Assembly (NCBI GenBank): GCA_963827685.1
Contig: CAWHBU010000004.1
Coordinates: 608,001 to 672,000 of the forward strand
Origin: an uncultured delta proteobacterium
GTDB lineage: Bacteria > Desulfobacterota > BSN033 > UBA1163
Length of the DNA: 64,000 bases
Direction: 5' to 3'
Shown: piece after piece, positions 21,529-30,879 of the stretch
Position numbering within the stretch: position 1 is the stretch's first letter
Layout: every line of letters begins with the position of its first letter
Notes under the pieces: model-generated
Database searches by the model: none
Told to the model about the DNA's origin: nothing
Seen by the model: the letters and a program-made list of their open reading frames with translations, nothing else
Position numbers and translations under genes: made by a program

Positions 21529-22482
21529 ATGGCAGAACTGCTGGTATTTTCCGAAAAAAATGACCTGGCCTTTGAACTCGTCTCAAAAGGCAGGGAGTTC
21601 GCTGGTGCGTTGAAGATGGGATTAGCCGCCGCGCTCCTGGGCGAAAAAGCGGGTGCAGAGGCGAAGGAGTATTTCACTTATGGTGCCGACCGGGTTTACA
21701 TCGGGGAGAATCCCGCATTGGCTGGGTTCAGTGCCGAATCGTATGCAGAGGCGCTTTACCAGATTGCGCAAAAGAACGATGCCAAGATTTTGTTGATCCC
21801 TTCGACCAAGAGGGGCAAGGAGCTGGCCCCCCGTGTGGCCCAAAAACTCGGGGCAGGGTGCGTCACCGATGCCACGGCCGTCGAGCTGAAGGATGGGAAT
21901 CTCCTGATCAGTCGATATGCCCTGGGTGGAAATACCGTGGCCGGGGAGGTCATCAAGACCGCCCACAAGGTGATCACGGTGATGCCCAAGACTTTTGAGC
22001 TGGGGCCGAAGGAGGACAAAAAAGGAGAGGTGGTTAAGGCAGATCTAAATCTGAAAGCCCCCCGGGTCCGATTTGTTGAGCGACAGGAAAAGATCGGAGA
22101 GAAAGTTAACCTGGAGGCGGCAGAAATCTTGGTCTGCATCGGCCGGGGTCTGGAAAAGAAGGAAGACCTGGGGATCGTCGAGCAGCTGGCAAAGGCCCTG
22201 GGTGCAGAGATCGGGTGTACCAAATCTCTTTGCACCGACTACCAGTGGCTTTCGGAAGATCGACTGGTCGGGCTGTCGGGTAAGAAGACGAGCCCCCGGC
22301 TCGTGATCTCCGTTGGCATATCGGGCCAGATTCAGTATACCGTCGGCATCCGGGGCGCTCGTACTGCGGTCGCCATCAATAAAGACAAGCAAGCCCCCAT
22401 CTTTGCCATGTCGGACTACGGCATCGTTGGAAATCTGTATGACGTGGTCCCCCTGCTCGCTGAAAAACTGAAAAGCGCCTGA
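21529..22482 (+). CDS. etfA: Electron transfer flavoprotein alpha subunit (FixB-like)
   Basis: GRG, VGLSG, GISGQIQ and AINKD motifs. Confidence 0.92.
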   Translation: MAELLVFSEKNDLAFELVSKGREFAGALKMGLAAALLGEKAGAEAKEYFTYGADRVYIGENPALAGFSAESYAEALYQIAQKNDAKILLIPSTKRGKELAPRVAQKLGAGCVTDATAVELKDGNLLISRYALGGNTVAGEVIKTAHKVITVMPKTFELGPKEDKKGEVVKADLNLKAPRVRFVERQEKIGEKVNLEAAEILVCIGRGLEKKEDLGIVEQLAKALGAEIGCTKSLCTDYQWLSEDRLVGLSGKKTSPRLVISVGISGQIQYTVGIRGARTAVAINKDKQAPIFAMSDYGIVGNLYDVVPLLAEKLKSA

Positions 22483-22566
22483 GCAGGGTAGGCGTATTGA
22501 TCCCGCATCAAAACTGACTTATAAATATTAAGCAGAGCATATTATAGTTTGCGCTAACCCCGATGG

Positions 22567-22637
22567 GTCATTGCGAGGAGTGGAACGACGAAGCAATCTT
22601 AAGGCGAGATTGCCACGCCCTTCGGGCTCGCAATGAC
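22567..22637. repeat. GTCATTGCGAG...CTCGCAATGAC palindromic repeat element
   Basis: 11-bp terminal inverted repeat with internal GCAATCT/AGATTGC stem, between etfA and fixC. Confidence 0.7.
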
Positions 22638-22702
22638 AATTTTTGGTGGTTCCTCATGTAGACTATTTCGTGCTCTCCGTAATAAAATTAAAGGGCACCC
22701 GA

Positions 22703-23992
22703 ATGGAAAAAGTTGATGTCATCATTGTGGGCGGCGGACTGGCCGGTCTTTCTTGCGCCTATGAATTGGCCGATTCGGGAATGACGGTTATTGTCCTTGA
22801 GAGAGGAGATTTCTCAGGGAGTAAGAATATCACTGGAGGAAGGATCTACCTCAGCCCTCTGCAAAGTTATCTTCCGGATCTCTGGAAAGATGCCCCTTTG
22901 GAAAGACACGTCACTAAGGAGATCCTTACCTTGCTGGGTGAAACCAATTCGACCACTCTCGGACTTTATAGTGACCGGTTTAACCATGACCCCTATCCCA
23001 GCTATACCATTCTCAGAGCCAAGTTCGATCGCTGGCTCGCCGACGTCGTTTCGGAAAAGGGGATATATGTCATTCCGGAAAAGAAGGTGGATGACCTTAT
23101 CAGAGACGGGGCGAAGGTCATTGGTATCAAGAGCGGGGATGAGGAGTTCGGAGCAGATTGTGTGGTCGGTGCTGACGGCGTTCTTTCTTTCATCGCTGAG
23201 AAAGCCGGACTCCGGCAGCCTTTCCGGCCCGAACATTTCGCCGTGGGCTTTAAAGAGGTGATTGAACTCGACCCGAAGACCATTGAGGATCGATTTTGTC
23301 TGGGAGAGGGAGAGGGAGCTGCTCAGCTTTTTGTCGGATCCCTTACCAAAGGGATGATGGGCGGAGGATTTCTCTACACCAACCGTGAAAGTCTTTCTTT
23401 GGGCATTGTCGTTGGAATTCATTCCCTCAATCGCAGGGAACCCCGGGAGGAAGTCTACAAGCTTCTGGATGATTTTAAGGAACGGCCCGAGATAAAAAAT
23501 TTGATCAAGGGCGGAAATCCCATCGAATATTCCGGCCACCTGATCAGCGAGGGGGGAATTCACATCATGCCGAGACTTTACGGAGACGGGATTCTGCTCG
23601 TAGGGGATGCGGCGGGTCTCGGCCTCAACATGCTGGTCACGGTGAGAGGAATGGAATACGCCGTGGCTTCGGGTGTCCTCGCAGGCCGGGCAATCAAGAG
23701 GGCTAAAGAGAAAAACGATTTCTCAGCGTCTTCCTTAGCCCATTATGAAGAGCTTTTAAAAGGCAGTTTTATCATGAAAGAGATGGAGGGTTTTAGGAAC
23801 AGCCTCCATCTACTCGAGAATGAAAGACTCTTTTCGAAATACCCCCAGGCGATTTCCAATCTCTTTGAAAAAGTGATGACCGTGGATGGAGGTCCGAAAG
23901 AGGGTCTGTACAAGACGATCTGGCAGGGATTGAAGAAAGACTTTTTGAATTATCAAACGTTTAAGGACTGGCTGCAATTCAGAAATATATAG
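22703..23992 (+). CDS. fixC: FixC-family flavoprotein (ETF:quinone oxidoreductase)
   Basis: VIIVGGGLAG, GSKNITGG, LRAKFDRWL, LVGDAAG, RGMEYA. Confidence 0.92.
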   Translation: MEKVDVIIVGGGLAGLSCAYELADSGMTVIVLERGDFSGSKNITGGRIYLSPLQSYLPDLWKDAPLERHVTKEILTLLGETNSTTLGLYSDRFNHDPYPSYTILRAKFDRWLADVVSEKGIYVIPEKKVDDLIRDGAKVIGIKSGDEEFGADCVVGADGVLSFIAEKAGLRQPFRPEHFAVGFKEVIELDPKTIEDRFCLGEGEGAAQLFVGSLTKGMMGGGFLYTNRESLSLGIVVGIHSLNRREPREEVYKLLDDFKERPEIKNLIKGGNPIEYSGHLISEGGIHIMPRLYGDGILLVGDAAGLGLNMLVTVRGMEYAVASGVLAGRAIKRAKEKNDFSASSLAHYEELLKGSFIMKEMEGFRNSLHLLENERLFSKYPQAISNLFEKVMTVDGGPKEGLYKTIWQGLKKDFLNYQTFKDWLQFRNI

Positions 23993-24030
23993 ACCTTCAT
24001 GGATGGAGCCGGTGGTAAGCGGAGCGTTAA

Positions 24031-24303
24031 ATGAGGATTACTGACAAACTGGCGCTCGATGCCTTCAAAAACGATAAAGAATCTCACATTCACCTCGACC
24101 AGAAGATCTGTCAAGGCTGCAAAGAAAGGTTCTGCATTTATGCCTGCCCGGCAAACCTTTATTCTCTTAATGAAAAGGGAGAGACGGCGGTCGAATTTGC
24201 CGGTTGTCTGGAATGCGGCACCTGCATGATCGCCTGCATTTATGGTTCGATTCAATGGACCTATCCGCAAAGCGGTTTTGGTGTCCAATACCGGTGCGGA
24301 TGA
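24031..24303 (+). CDS. fixX: FixX ferredoxin-like protein
   Basis: CPANLY, GCLECGTCMIAC, WTYPQSGFGVQYR. Confidence 0.92.
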   Translation: MRITDKLALDAFKNDKESHIHLDQKICQGCKERFCIYACPANLYSLNEKGETAVEFAGCLECGTCMIACIYGSIQWTYPQSGFGVQYRCG

Positions 24304-24539
24304 GAACGTCCCTCTGAAAATCTCTCAGGGGATTTCTTCTTCCTTCCTGCTACACGGGTGATTTTTTGAAACCTGAACAACGATAGGTTTACGCGTAAAT
24401 ATTGATTCCCACTGCCTCCAGCCTGTTTTCGGCCTCCAGAACGATCCGCTCAATGAGTTCTTTGGACGTGGGGATATCATGAATGCCGCCAACAGACTGT
24501 CCGGCAAATAGAAACCCTTCCTTTTGGTCGCCAGCTTGA

Positions 24540-25882
24540 TCATTTTTGGCTGTGATGATCGCGGCCTAAGAAATAGTTCGCCCAGGAAGAGATTTGATCT
24601 AATGCCCAATTGCGGGGAGGAGTATAACCTTCCTTAAGGGATTCTTCTTCTCCATAAGGTTTAAGCCTATTGTAGGCACGGACGTAGATGCACTTCTTCT
24701 TATTGGGAAAGACTTCACACCATCCCTCAAAAGAACCATCGGGCTGGCTTGTAGAGAGGTGCCTGGGGTGTGAATGCCAGTTGGTGGAAGAAACGCATGA
24801 TTCCATGGCCGGGGGCCTTTTGGGGCTTGCTCCGTTTGCGGGCGAAAACATCCGTGTTCAAACCTGTCTTTGGATACTTCTCGAAAAGATAAAAACCATT
24901 TTTCTGAGGAAAGGAAAATTCATTCTTCCCAGTTGGAAGAGAATTCCTTTGACTTTCCGATGACCCACTCCACATTTTCATAGCTTAGGTTTGGCCCTCC
25001 GATGTGGGTCCCATCATAGCCAATCCCCTTAAGGACCGCGATCAATTTTGCAGCCCTTGTAAAGCGGGCCACCTTCCCCTTGTCGGGTGCCCTGGCCTCC
25101 TCTGCATAGATACGATAAAGTTCATCGGTGACCACACATCCTGGAACTCCTCCTCGGTTCATGACTTTGGCCACCGCCTGGTTAAGGATGTAAACATTTC
25201 CAACAATGGGGATTCGGATGCCATGATAGCGCATGAAACGGAGGAGTTCATCAAATTTGCAGGCATCGAACCCGACTTGTGTGATGAGAAAGTCTGCTCC
25301 CTGTTTTACCTTTTTGAAAAGCCTATAGTATTGAGACATCACCTCCGACTCATGTCTTTTAAAAGGTGATATGGTGCAGCCTTTTAGAAAGCGAGTAGGA
25401 GGGAGCCGGACGCCTCCGCCGGGCGCCTTTCCGTCAATTTCCAGCCCCTGGTTCATCTGATTGATAAGGTGGATGAGCTGAATTGAATCGAGGTCAAAGA
25501 CGGGCTTTGCGTTTTCCTCAAAGCCATAAAGGGGGGAATCGCCAGTCATTACGAGAAGATTTGTGAGTCCATTCCGATCCAACGAGTAAAGGATCGATTC
25601 GATCTGATTTCGATTCTTATCTTTACAGGTAAAATGGATAAGAGGGGCGATCCCGAGACGAGAGATTTCAAGGCCGAGCATGTCGGGAGAGAGGGCAGGG
25701 TGACCCCCGGGGTTATCGGTGATAGAAAGGGCATGGACAATTCCTGACCTGGCCGCCTTCTCAGCAATTCTCAGAATATCATCTTGGGTCTTTCCCCGCG
25801 ATCCCCTTCCAGGAACAAGTTCAAGAGCGTAAATAAACTCCTCCTTGTCAAGGAGGACCTCTTTGAATCTGTCCTTTTCCAT
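24540..25882 (-). pseudogene. metF: Methylenetetrahydrofolate reductase (MetF fused to MetV-like C-terminus), two lesions
   Basis: ELVPGRG, ITDNPGG, HFTCKD, GADFLITQ; frameshift near 24920 and a deletion junction near 24730-24738 before GSFEGWCEV..CIYVRAY. Confidence 0.8.
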
Positions 25883-25970
25883 AGGAATCCTGCGGGTTGA
25901 GGCCAGGTCTCATTCCCTTGAAGGCAGCTGTCGGGTATTTGTATTAACAACCGGGGGATAACAAAAACTA

Positions 25971-27075
25971 ATACAAACGTCCTAAATAAAGTGACATAAC
26001 AGTTTATTTATGTTAATATGTGGGCATGAAAAATCCCACATTAATCTTAGAGCATAAAGAGGCCAATAAAGAGCGTTTATTAGCATTAGCCGAACAAATA
26101 TCAGGGGCTTGGATAGGCATAAAGATAGCCGCCTTACTCCTGGTGCTTGAAGGGCAACGTCCGGGATGGATAACCGAGGTGTTAGGGTTGACCCGGATGA
26201 GTTTAAGCCGATGGATTCACGGGGTGAACAAAGACGGCTTAGAGTTCTTAAAATCCAAGCCAAGATCGGGAAGGCCTCCACGGTTAGAGACAAAGATTCA
26301 AAGGGTGCTGGAGGGACACTTAGAGAAGTCTCCGCGGGAATTTGGTTTAAACCGGACTCAATGGGATGGGCCAACGGTTGCGATTCATCTGAAGCGGTCT
26401 TTCGGGATAAACCTGAAGGTGCGGCAAGCCCAACGCTGGATGCATCATTTGGGTTATCGGTTAAAGAGAGCGAGTTATTCTTATCTTCAAGCACAAAGCC
26501 AAGAAGCCCGAAAGTTCCAGCGGGCTTTAAAAAAAACTTGAGTCCCTGGGGCCAAAAGAGACAATTGTATTCCAGGATGAGACAGGCTTTACGATGCACC
26601 CCAGGCTTAGCCGGGGCTGGGCGAAAAAAGGAAAGCGTCTTAAGATTCCCACGACCAGCCAGCATCGTATCCGTTTGAATATCTCTGGGTGGGTCAATCC
26701 TTTGCTTGGACGCTATGGCATGATTCAGACAAAACGGGGGGATAGAGAAGGGTTTCTCAAACTTTTGCGCCACCTCTATGGAAGGTTTAAAGAATATACC
26801 ATTTGGCTTTATGTCGACAGGGCCCGCTGGCACAGAGGCGATCCCATCGAACAATTTCTTAAAAAACATCCGAGGCTCCATATCGAATATTTACCCCCGT
26901 ATCAACCGGGATTAAACGTGCAAGAACGGATTTGGCGCAGTGTTCGCTATGAATCCACCACCAACCGTTGGTTTGAAAACCTTGATAATCTTTGGTCTGT
27001 CGTTTGTAAAACAACTCGCTCATGGTCTTGTCAAAAGATTCGTAGGCTATGTAACATTACTTAATGCGTTTGTAT
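25971..27075 (+). mobile_element. IS630-family insertion sequence
   Basis: Imperfect ~29-bp TIRs starting ATACAAACG, flanked by TA (25969-70, 27076-77). Confidence 0.9.
26026..27064 (+). CDS. IS630 transposase, HTH ORF and DDE ORF joined by a frameshift at A8 (26529-26536)
   Basis: HTH with GRPPRL; FQDETGF, DRARWH and LPPYQPGLNVQERIW in the +1 frame. Confidence 0.88.
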
Positions 27076-27097
27076 TAATTTAGAACCAGAGACTCCG

Positions 27098-27283
27098 TTA
27101 TTCGATAATAATAGCTTCGACAGGACAGGATGTTGCTGCCTCTTTAACTTTTTCCTCAATGTCTTTAGGAACATTCTCCGTCTTGGCCACCGCCACATCC
27201 CCTTGCATTTCAAAAACTTCAGGGCAAACCTCCACACATGTTTCGTCCCCCACACAAGTTTCCTTATCGACTCGGACTTTCAT
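27098..27283 (-). CDS. Single-cluster ferredoxin (CxxDxxC...CP)
   Basis: CVGDETCVEVCPEVF...AATSCPVEAI; SD AAGGGAG. Confidence 0.9.
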   Translation of the reverse strand: MKVRVDKETCVGDETCVEVCPEVFEMQGDVAVAKTENVPKDIEEKVKEAATSCPVEAIIIE

Positions 27284-27623
27284 GTTTTTCTCCCTTTCTG
27301 TTTAGTTCACTCAAATATGGTATGTAAGATGGCACTTGCGTTTCAAAATGTCAACAAATTTTTTCACAGAAAAAAGCATCCTCGGTAAGCCCTTTCGTGG
27401 TCACATCTATCGGAAGGTTTGAAAAATGAATATGGCGATATAAGATAGTTCAAGGCTTCTTGCCTCTCATCATCTCTTTTTCTGATCTTTTTCTGAAAGG
27501 ACGATCATGGGTAGTGACCATCAAGGCTTACTACAGCGGGGGCACAATATACTGTATCTTTTATAATAAAATACAAGACTTACCCCATATACTTTATCAT
27601 AATTTCCCTTAAGATGAGAGCAC

Positions 27624-27983
27624 ATGGAAAAGAAGACCTTTGAAACCTTACAGGGGGGCCACCAAGTTTTGAGAAGATGGGAAAGCTTTCTTCTTAACCG
27701 CCAAAAAATTTGAAAAAGCCATGGAGCAGATCGATCAGAATGTCAAACCTAAAATGGAGAGATAGAGGCTGTGGCGTTGGACATTCAGTATGAAGAGAGG
27801 GCCTTGAAGCTATATTCCGATCTCAGTCACGGAACTTCCCATTGGCTGGAGAAAGAGTTCTATATACAACTCGGAAACGGAGAGCGAGGCCACATGCTCA
27901 TCTTAAAGGACATCGAGGCCTACTATCAAGATCCGGTTCACTGGTTCTCTGTTGAGGAGAGGTCTCACTCGGACGGGGCATAA
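27624..27983 (+). pseudogene. Degraded ferritin/rubrerythrin-like gene
   Basis: C-part ALDIQYEERALKLY..ERGHMLIL..YYQDPVHWF..HSDGA; N-part MEKKTFETLQ..EDGKAFF broken by indels. Confidence 0.6.
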
Positions 27984-28041
27984 AAAGGCCCTTCCTTAGA
28001 AAAGGAAGGGCCTGGAGATTCATAAGCGGCACTTATTTTAT

Positions 28042-28580
28042 AAAAAATACCTGTTGAATACCGCCCAGCTCTGCTGGGCGGATGAAAACAGGTTCGCGAA
28101 GCGATAAGACATGGTATAAGTACTGCATGAGCTCGATAAAAAGAACAAGCCATGCGGTCTACGATTTGAAATATCATATGGTATGGGTTCCCAAATATCG
28201 GAAGATGATATTGGGAGGTGAGTTGGCAAAAAGGCTTAAGATGAGTTTTGAGCAAATATCGGAGAGGTACGAGTTTGAGATAGATACGATGGAGGTAAAG
28301 GATGATCATGTTCATTTATTTTTGTCTGCCCCTCCTCGGTATTGTCCGGCAGAGATTGTGCAGATCATAAAGAGTATCTCGGCGAAAATGGTGTTCAAGC
28401 AGTTTCCAGAGGTGAAGAAAGAGCTTTGGGGTGGAGAGTTTTGGAGTGATGGGTATTTTGTTCGGTCTGTTGGAGACAAAGTTACCTCTGAAGTCATACG
28501 TCGCTATATAAAGTATCAGCAACAGGAGCAATTAAGTTTTGAATTTTAATGCCCCGCAGCTCTGCTGCGGGGTTCTTTAC
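28042..28580 (+). mobile_element. IS200/IS605-family element, tnpA only, copy 1 (539 bp)
   Basis: Subterminal hairpins CCGCCCAGC-TCT-GCTGGGCGG and CCCCGCAGC-TCT-GCTGCGGGG; inserted after TTTAT; appears identical to copies 2 and 3. Confidence 0.95.
28127..28549 (+). CDS. tnpA: IS200 HUH/Y1 transposase (start 28127, or 28082)
   Basis: YHMVWVPKYR, DHVHLF (HUH), FWSDGYF, YIKYQ. Confidence 0.95.
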   Translation: MSSIKRTSHAVYDLKYHMVWVPKYRKMILGGELAKRLKMSFEQISERYEFEIDTMEVKDDHVHLFLSAPPRYCPAEIVQIIKSISAKMVFKQFPEVKKELWGGEFWSDGYFVRSVGDKVTSEVIRRYIKYQQQEQLSFEF

Positions 28581-28880
28581 TATTGAATTGTAATGTTTAC
28601 TACTGTGGTCCCAGTCCTTGATCGGCGCGAAGATTCTGAGAAGACCGCTTTCATATTTGGCCTCTGTCTTTTCAGGCACGACTTCATGGGCCAAGTTGAA
28701 GCAACCCGAGTATTCCGTGTCTTCGCCCCGGAGGGCTGAGATACAAAAACTATCTCTTCTCATCTCGAGTGAGATATCTTTTTTATCGACACCCGGCATT
28801 TCCATATCGACTCTGAGGCGTCCGCCCTGATCGTCATGAGAAAAACAGGCGCACGGCGTTATTCTTATTCTGTTGTCCAT
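28580..28880 (-). CDS. Hsp20/alpha-crystallin family protein; probable 1-bp error near the 3' end
   Basis: MPGVDKKDI..AKYESGLLRI; natural-looking end VVNITIQ* lies in the adjacent frame at the IS junction. Confidence 0.8.
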
Positions 28881-29027
28881 ATAAACACCTCCCCTCTTTG
28901 TTTAAAAGATAATCATGGAGCTTAAAAAATTCAAGATGAATGGAAAGGGAATTTATGATATAAAAATAGTTAATTACCCTCCTGCGGTAGGCAGGGATAG
29001 GGGAAACCTTTTTAAGGAGGTTAACAT

Positions 29028-29432
29028 ATGGAATGGCTAAAGGGCTTCGGTGTTTTGTTCGGAAGAGTTCTTGTCGTCTTAATTTTTCTTCAGTCGGGGA
29101 TGGGGAAGATTGAGAATTTCCAAGGAACGGCACAATACATGGCCAGTCATGGCATTGCGCCTTATACCAATTTCTTCCTTGTTGGCGCGATCTTTTTTGA
29201 ACTGGTTGGCGTCATCACGTTGGTATTGGGGTATTATGCCCGGTTTGGGGCAATGCTGCTCCTCATTTTTCTAGTCCCCACCACTATCATCTTTCATACC
29301 AATTTTGCCCAACAAGGCCAGATGATTCACTTTATGAAGAATGTGAGCATGTTTGGGGGACTTCTGATCCTTCTCGCAGTGGGAGCAGGCCGATTCAGTT
29401 TGGATTACTTTTTCAGGAGCGGAAAAAAATGA
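29028..29432 (+). CDS. DoxX family membrane protein
   Basis: GRVL..IFLQSGMGK, HFMKNVSMFGGLL, GAGRFSLD. Confidence 0.9.
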   Translation: MEWLKGFGVLFGRVLVVLIFLQSGMGKIENFQGTAQYMASHGIAPYTNFFLVGAIFFELVGVITLVLGYYARFGAMLLLIFLVPTTIIFHTNFAQQGQMIHFMKNVSMFGGLLILLAVGAGRFSLDYFFRSGKK

Positions 29433-29433
29433 G

Positions 29434-30462
29434 ATGAGCGGGAAGCGTCTGCAAGTCTGGTGGAAGGCCGTTCGGTTTCATTTCACCTCAGCCAGTTTCA
29501 TGCCAGGGATACTGGGTGGGATGATTGCCTGGACCAATGACGGAAAATTCCTTCCGGGATATTTCCTTCTGGTGATGCTCGGACTTCTCCTGAACCACAT
29601 GGCTTTGAACATGACGGATGATTATTATGATTTCCGCCATTTGGTGGATGTCTTTGCCACCAGCGGGAAGAATCCTTATACGGGAGGGAGCGGGCTTCTC
29701 TCTTCAGGTTTGATTCAACCTCATCAGATGCGCAATGTTTTTATCACCTTTTACATCATCGCCATCGGGATCGGTGTTTTTCTGGGTATCCAGAGAGGGG
29801 CCTTTATCTTTCTTCTTCTAGGCATTGGTTTTTTCTGTGCCTATTTCTACACGGCCCCACCCATTCGATTTGGTTATCGTGGGCTGGGCGAATTGGCACA
29901 GCTTCTCTGTTTTGGTCCAGGCATTGGCATTGGGGCTTATTATGTCCAGGCTCAAAGAATTTCGTGGGAGGCTTTCTGGGGGACACTTCCCTTTGGGATC
30001 ATGCTCTTTTCGATGATTACCATCAATGAGATTCCTGATTATTTCGAAGACCGAAAGGGAGGGAAGCTAAACTTGGTGGCTCGTTTCGGCAGGGAGGCGG
30101 GCGTCTGGTTATTTGCGGTGAGTCTCCTCTCGGCTTATGCAGCGATCCTCATCGGAGTGATCGTGGGAAGCATTCCTGTTCTGGGATTAATCTCTTTGCT
30201 GACGCTTCCGATTGCGTTCAAGACGATCTCCACATTAAGATCTCATTACCAAGAACCTATCCAGATGGCGCCTGCGAATCTGGGGATGATTTGTACCCAC
30301 AATTTTACTGCCATCTTACTCATCTTCGCCTACTTTGTCACAGGGTTTAGACCTGATGCTCTGGTCGAATCGTTCCTTCCCTTAGCCACCGTTATTATTC
30401 TTTACGTTCCTATTGGAAGACTGGTTGGGAGAGCTGTGTTTTCTCGGCCCTCTCCCCCTTGA
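29434..30462 (+). CDS. menA: UbiA-family prenyltransferase, MenA-like
   Basis: NMTDDYYD, YTAPPIRFGYRGLGE, NEIPDYFED. Confidence 0.8.
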   Translation: MSGKRLQVWWKAVRFHFTSASFMPGILGGMIAWTNDGKFLPGYFLLVMLGLLLNHMALNMTDDYYDFRHLVDVFATSGKNPYTGGSGLLSSGLIQPHQMRNVFITFYIIAIGIGVFLGIQRGAFIFLLLGIGFFCAYFYTAPPIRFGYRGLGELAQLLCFGPGIGIGAYYVQAQRISWEAFWGTLPFGIMLFSMITINEIPDYFEDRKGGKLNLVARFGREAGVWLFAVSLLSAYAAILIGVIVGSIPVLGLISLLTLPIAFKTISTLRSHYQEPIQMAPANLGMICTHNFTAILLIFAYFVTGFRPDALVESFLPLATVIILYVPIGRLVGRAVFSRPSPP

Positions 30463-30472
30463 GGGGAGAGGG
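30448..30472. repeat. CCCTCTCCCC/GGGGAGAGGG REP-like palindrome (related copies at 47264-47312 and 49648-49764)
   Basis: 10-bp perfect stem overlapping the menA stop codon. Confidence 0.6.
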
Positions 30473-30518
30473 ATGGCGTGAGGAATGGGGAACGATGGAC
30501 TCGAAAGGAGGAAATGGA

Positions 30519-30788
30519 ATGGAAAAGGAGTTTTACTTGTTAGAGTTCACCGGATCGGAGTGACCGCACTGCCACAAGATGACTCCTCTCGTGGAGAGGT
30601 TAGAGGAAGAAGAAGGGGTAAGCATAGGAAAACTTGAAGTGTGGCATAACGAAGCCAATGCCAAGCTGATGAGGGAATATGACAAGGGCTATTGTGGTGG
30701 CGTCCCATTTTTTTTCAATAAGAAAACGGGAAAGTGGATCTGTGGCTCCGCAGACTACGAACGATTGAAGAAGTGGGCACTGGAATGA
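30519..30788 (+). CDS. Thioredoxin/glutaredoxin-like selenoprotein (UxxC)
   Basis: ATG 30519 after AGGAGG; MEKEFYLLEFTGSE-TGA(30561)-PHC is in frame with the downstream thioredoxin ORF (GGVPFF); hairpin CCTCTC-GTG-GAGAGG at 30585-30599. Confidence 0.85.
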
Positions 30789-30879
30789 TTGCGGATTGCG
30801 AATTGCGGATTTCGGATTGAGAAATTCCTTAAGCCGTAATTCCCAAATTCCTAAGTTCCTAAATCCAAGAGGAGAAACC

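Noticed and set aside
22814-23563. Long antisense ORFs (also 16474-17142, 40891-41625 and others)
   Set aside because: Antisense shadows of well-supported genes
24920-24922. TGA in metF as selenocysteine
   Set aside because: Homologous-looking sequence continues in a different frame and there is no Cys-type motif, so it is a frameshift
26166-26678. Separate ORF or -1 frameshift product inside IS630
   Set aside because: No transposase motifs; the DDE residues are in the +1 frame
28062-28082. IS200 hairpins as terminators or a TnpB omega-RNA
   Set aside because: They are the TnpA recognition hairpins, and no tnpB or room for an omega-RNA is present
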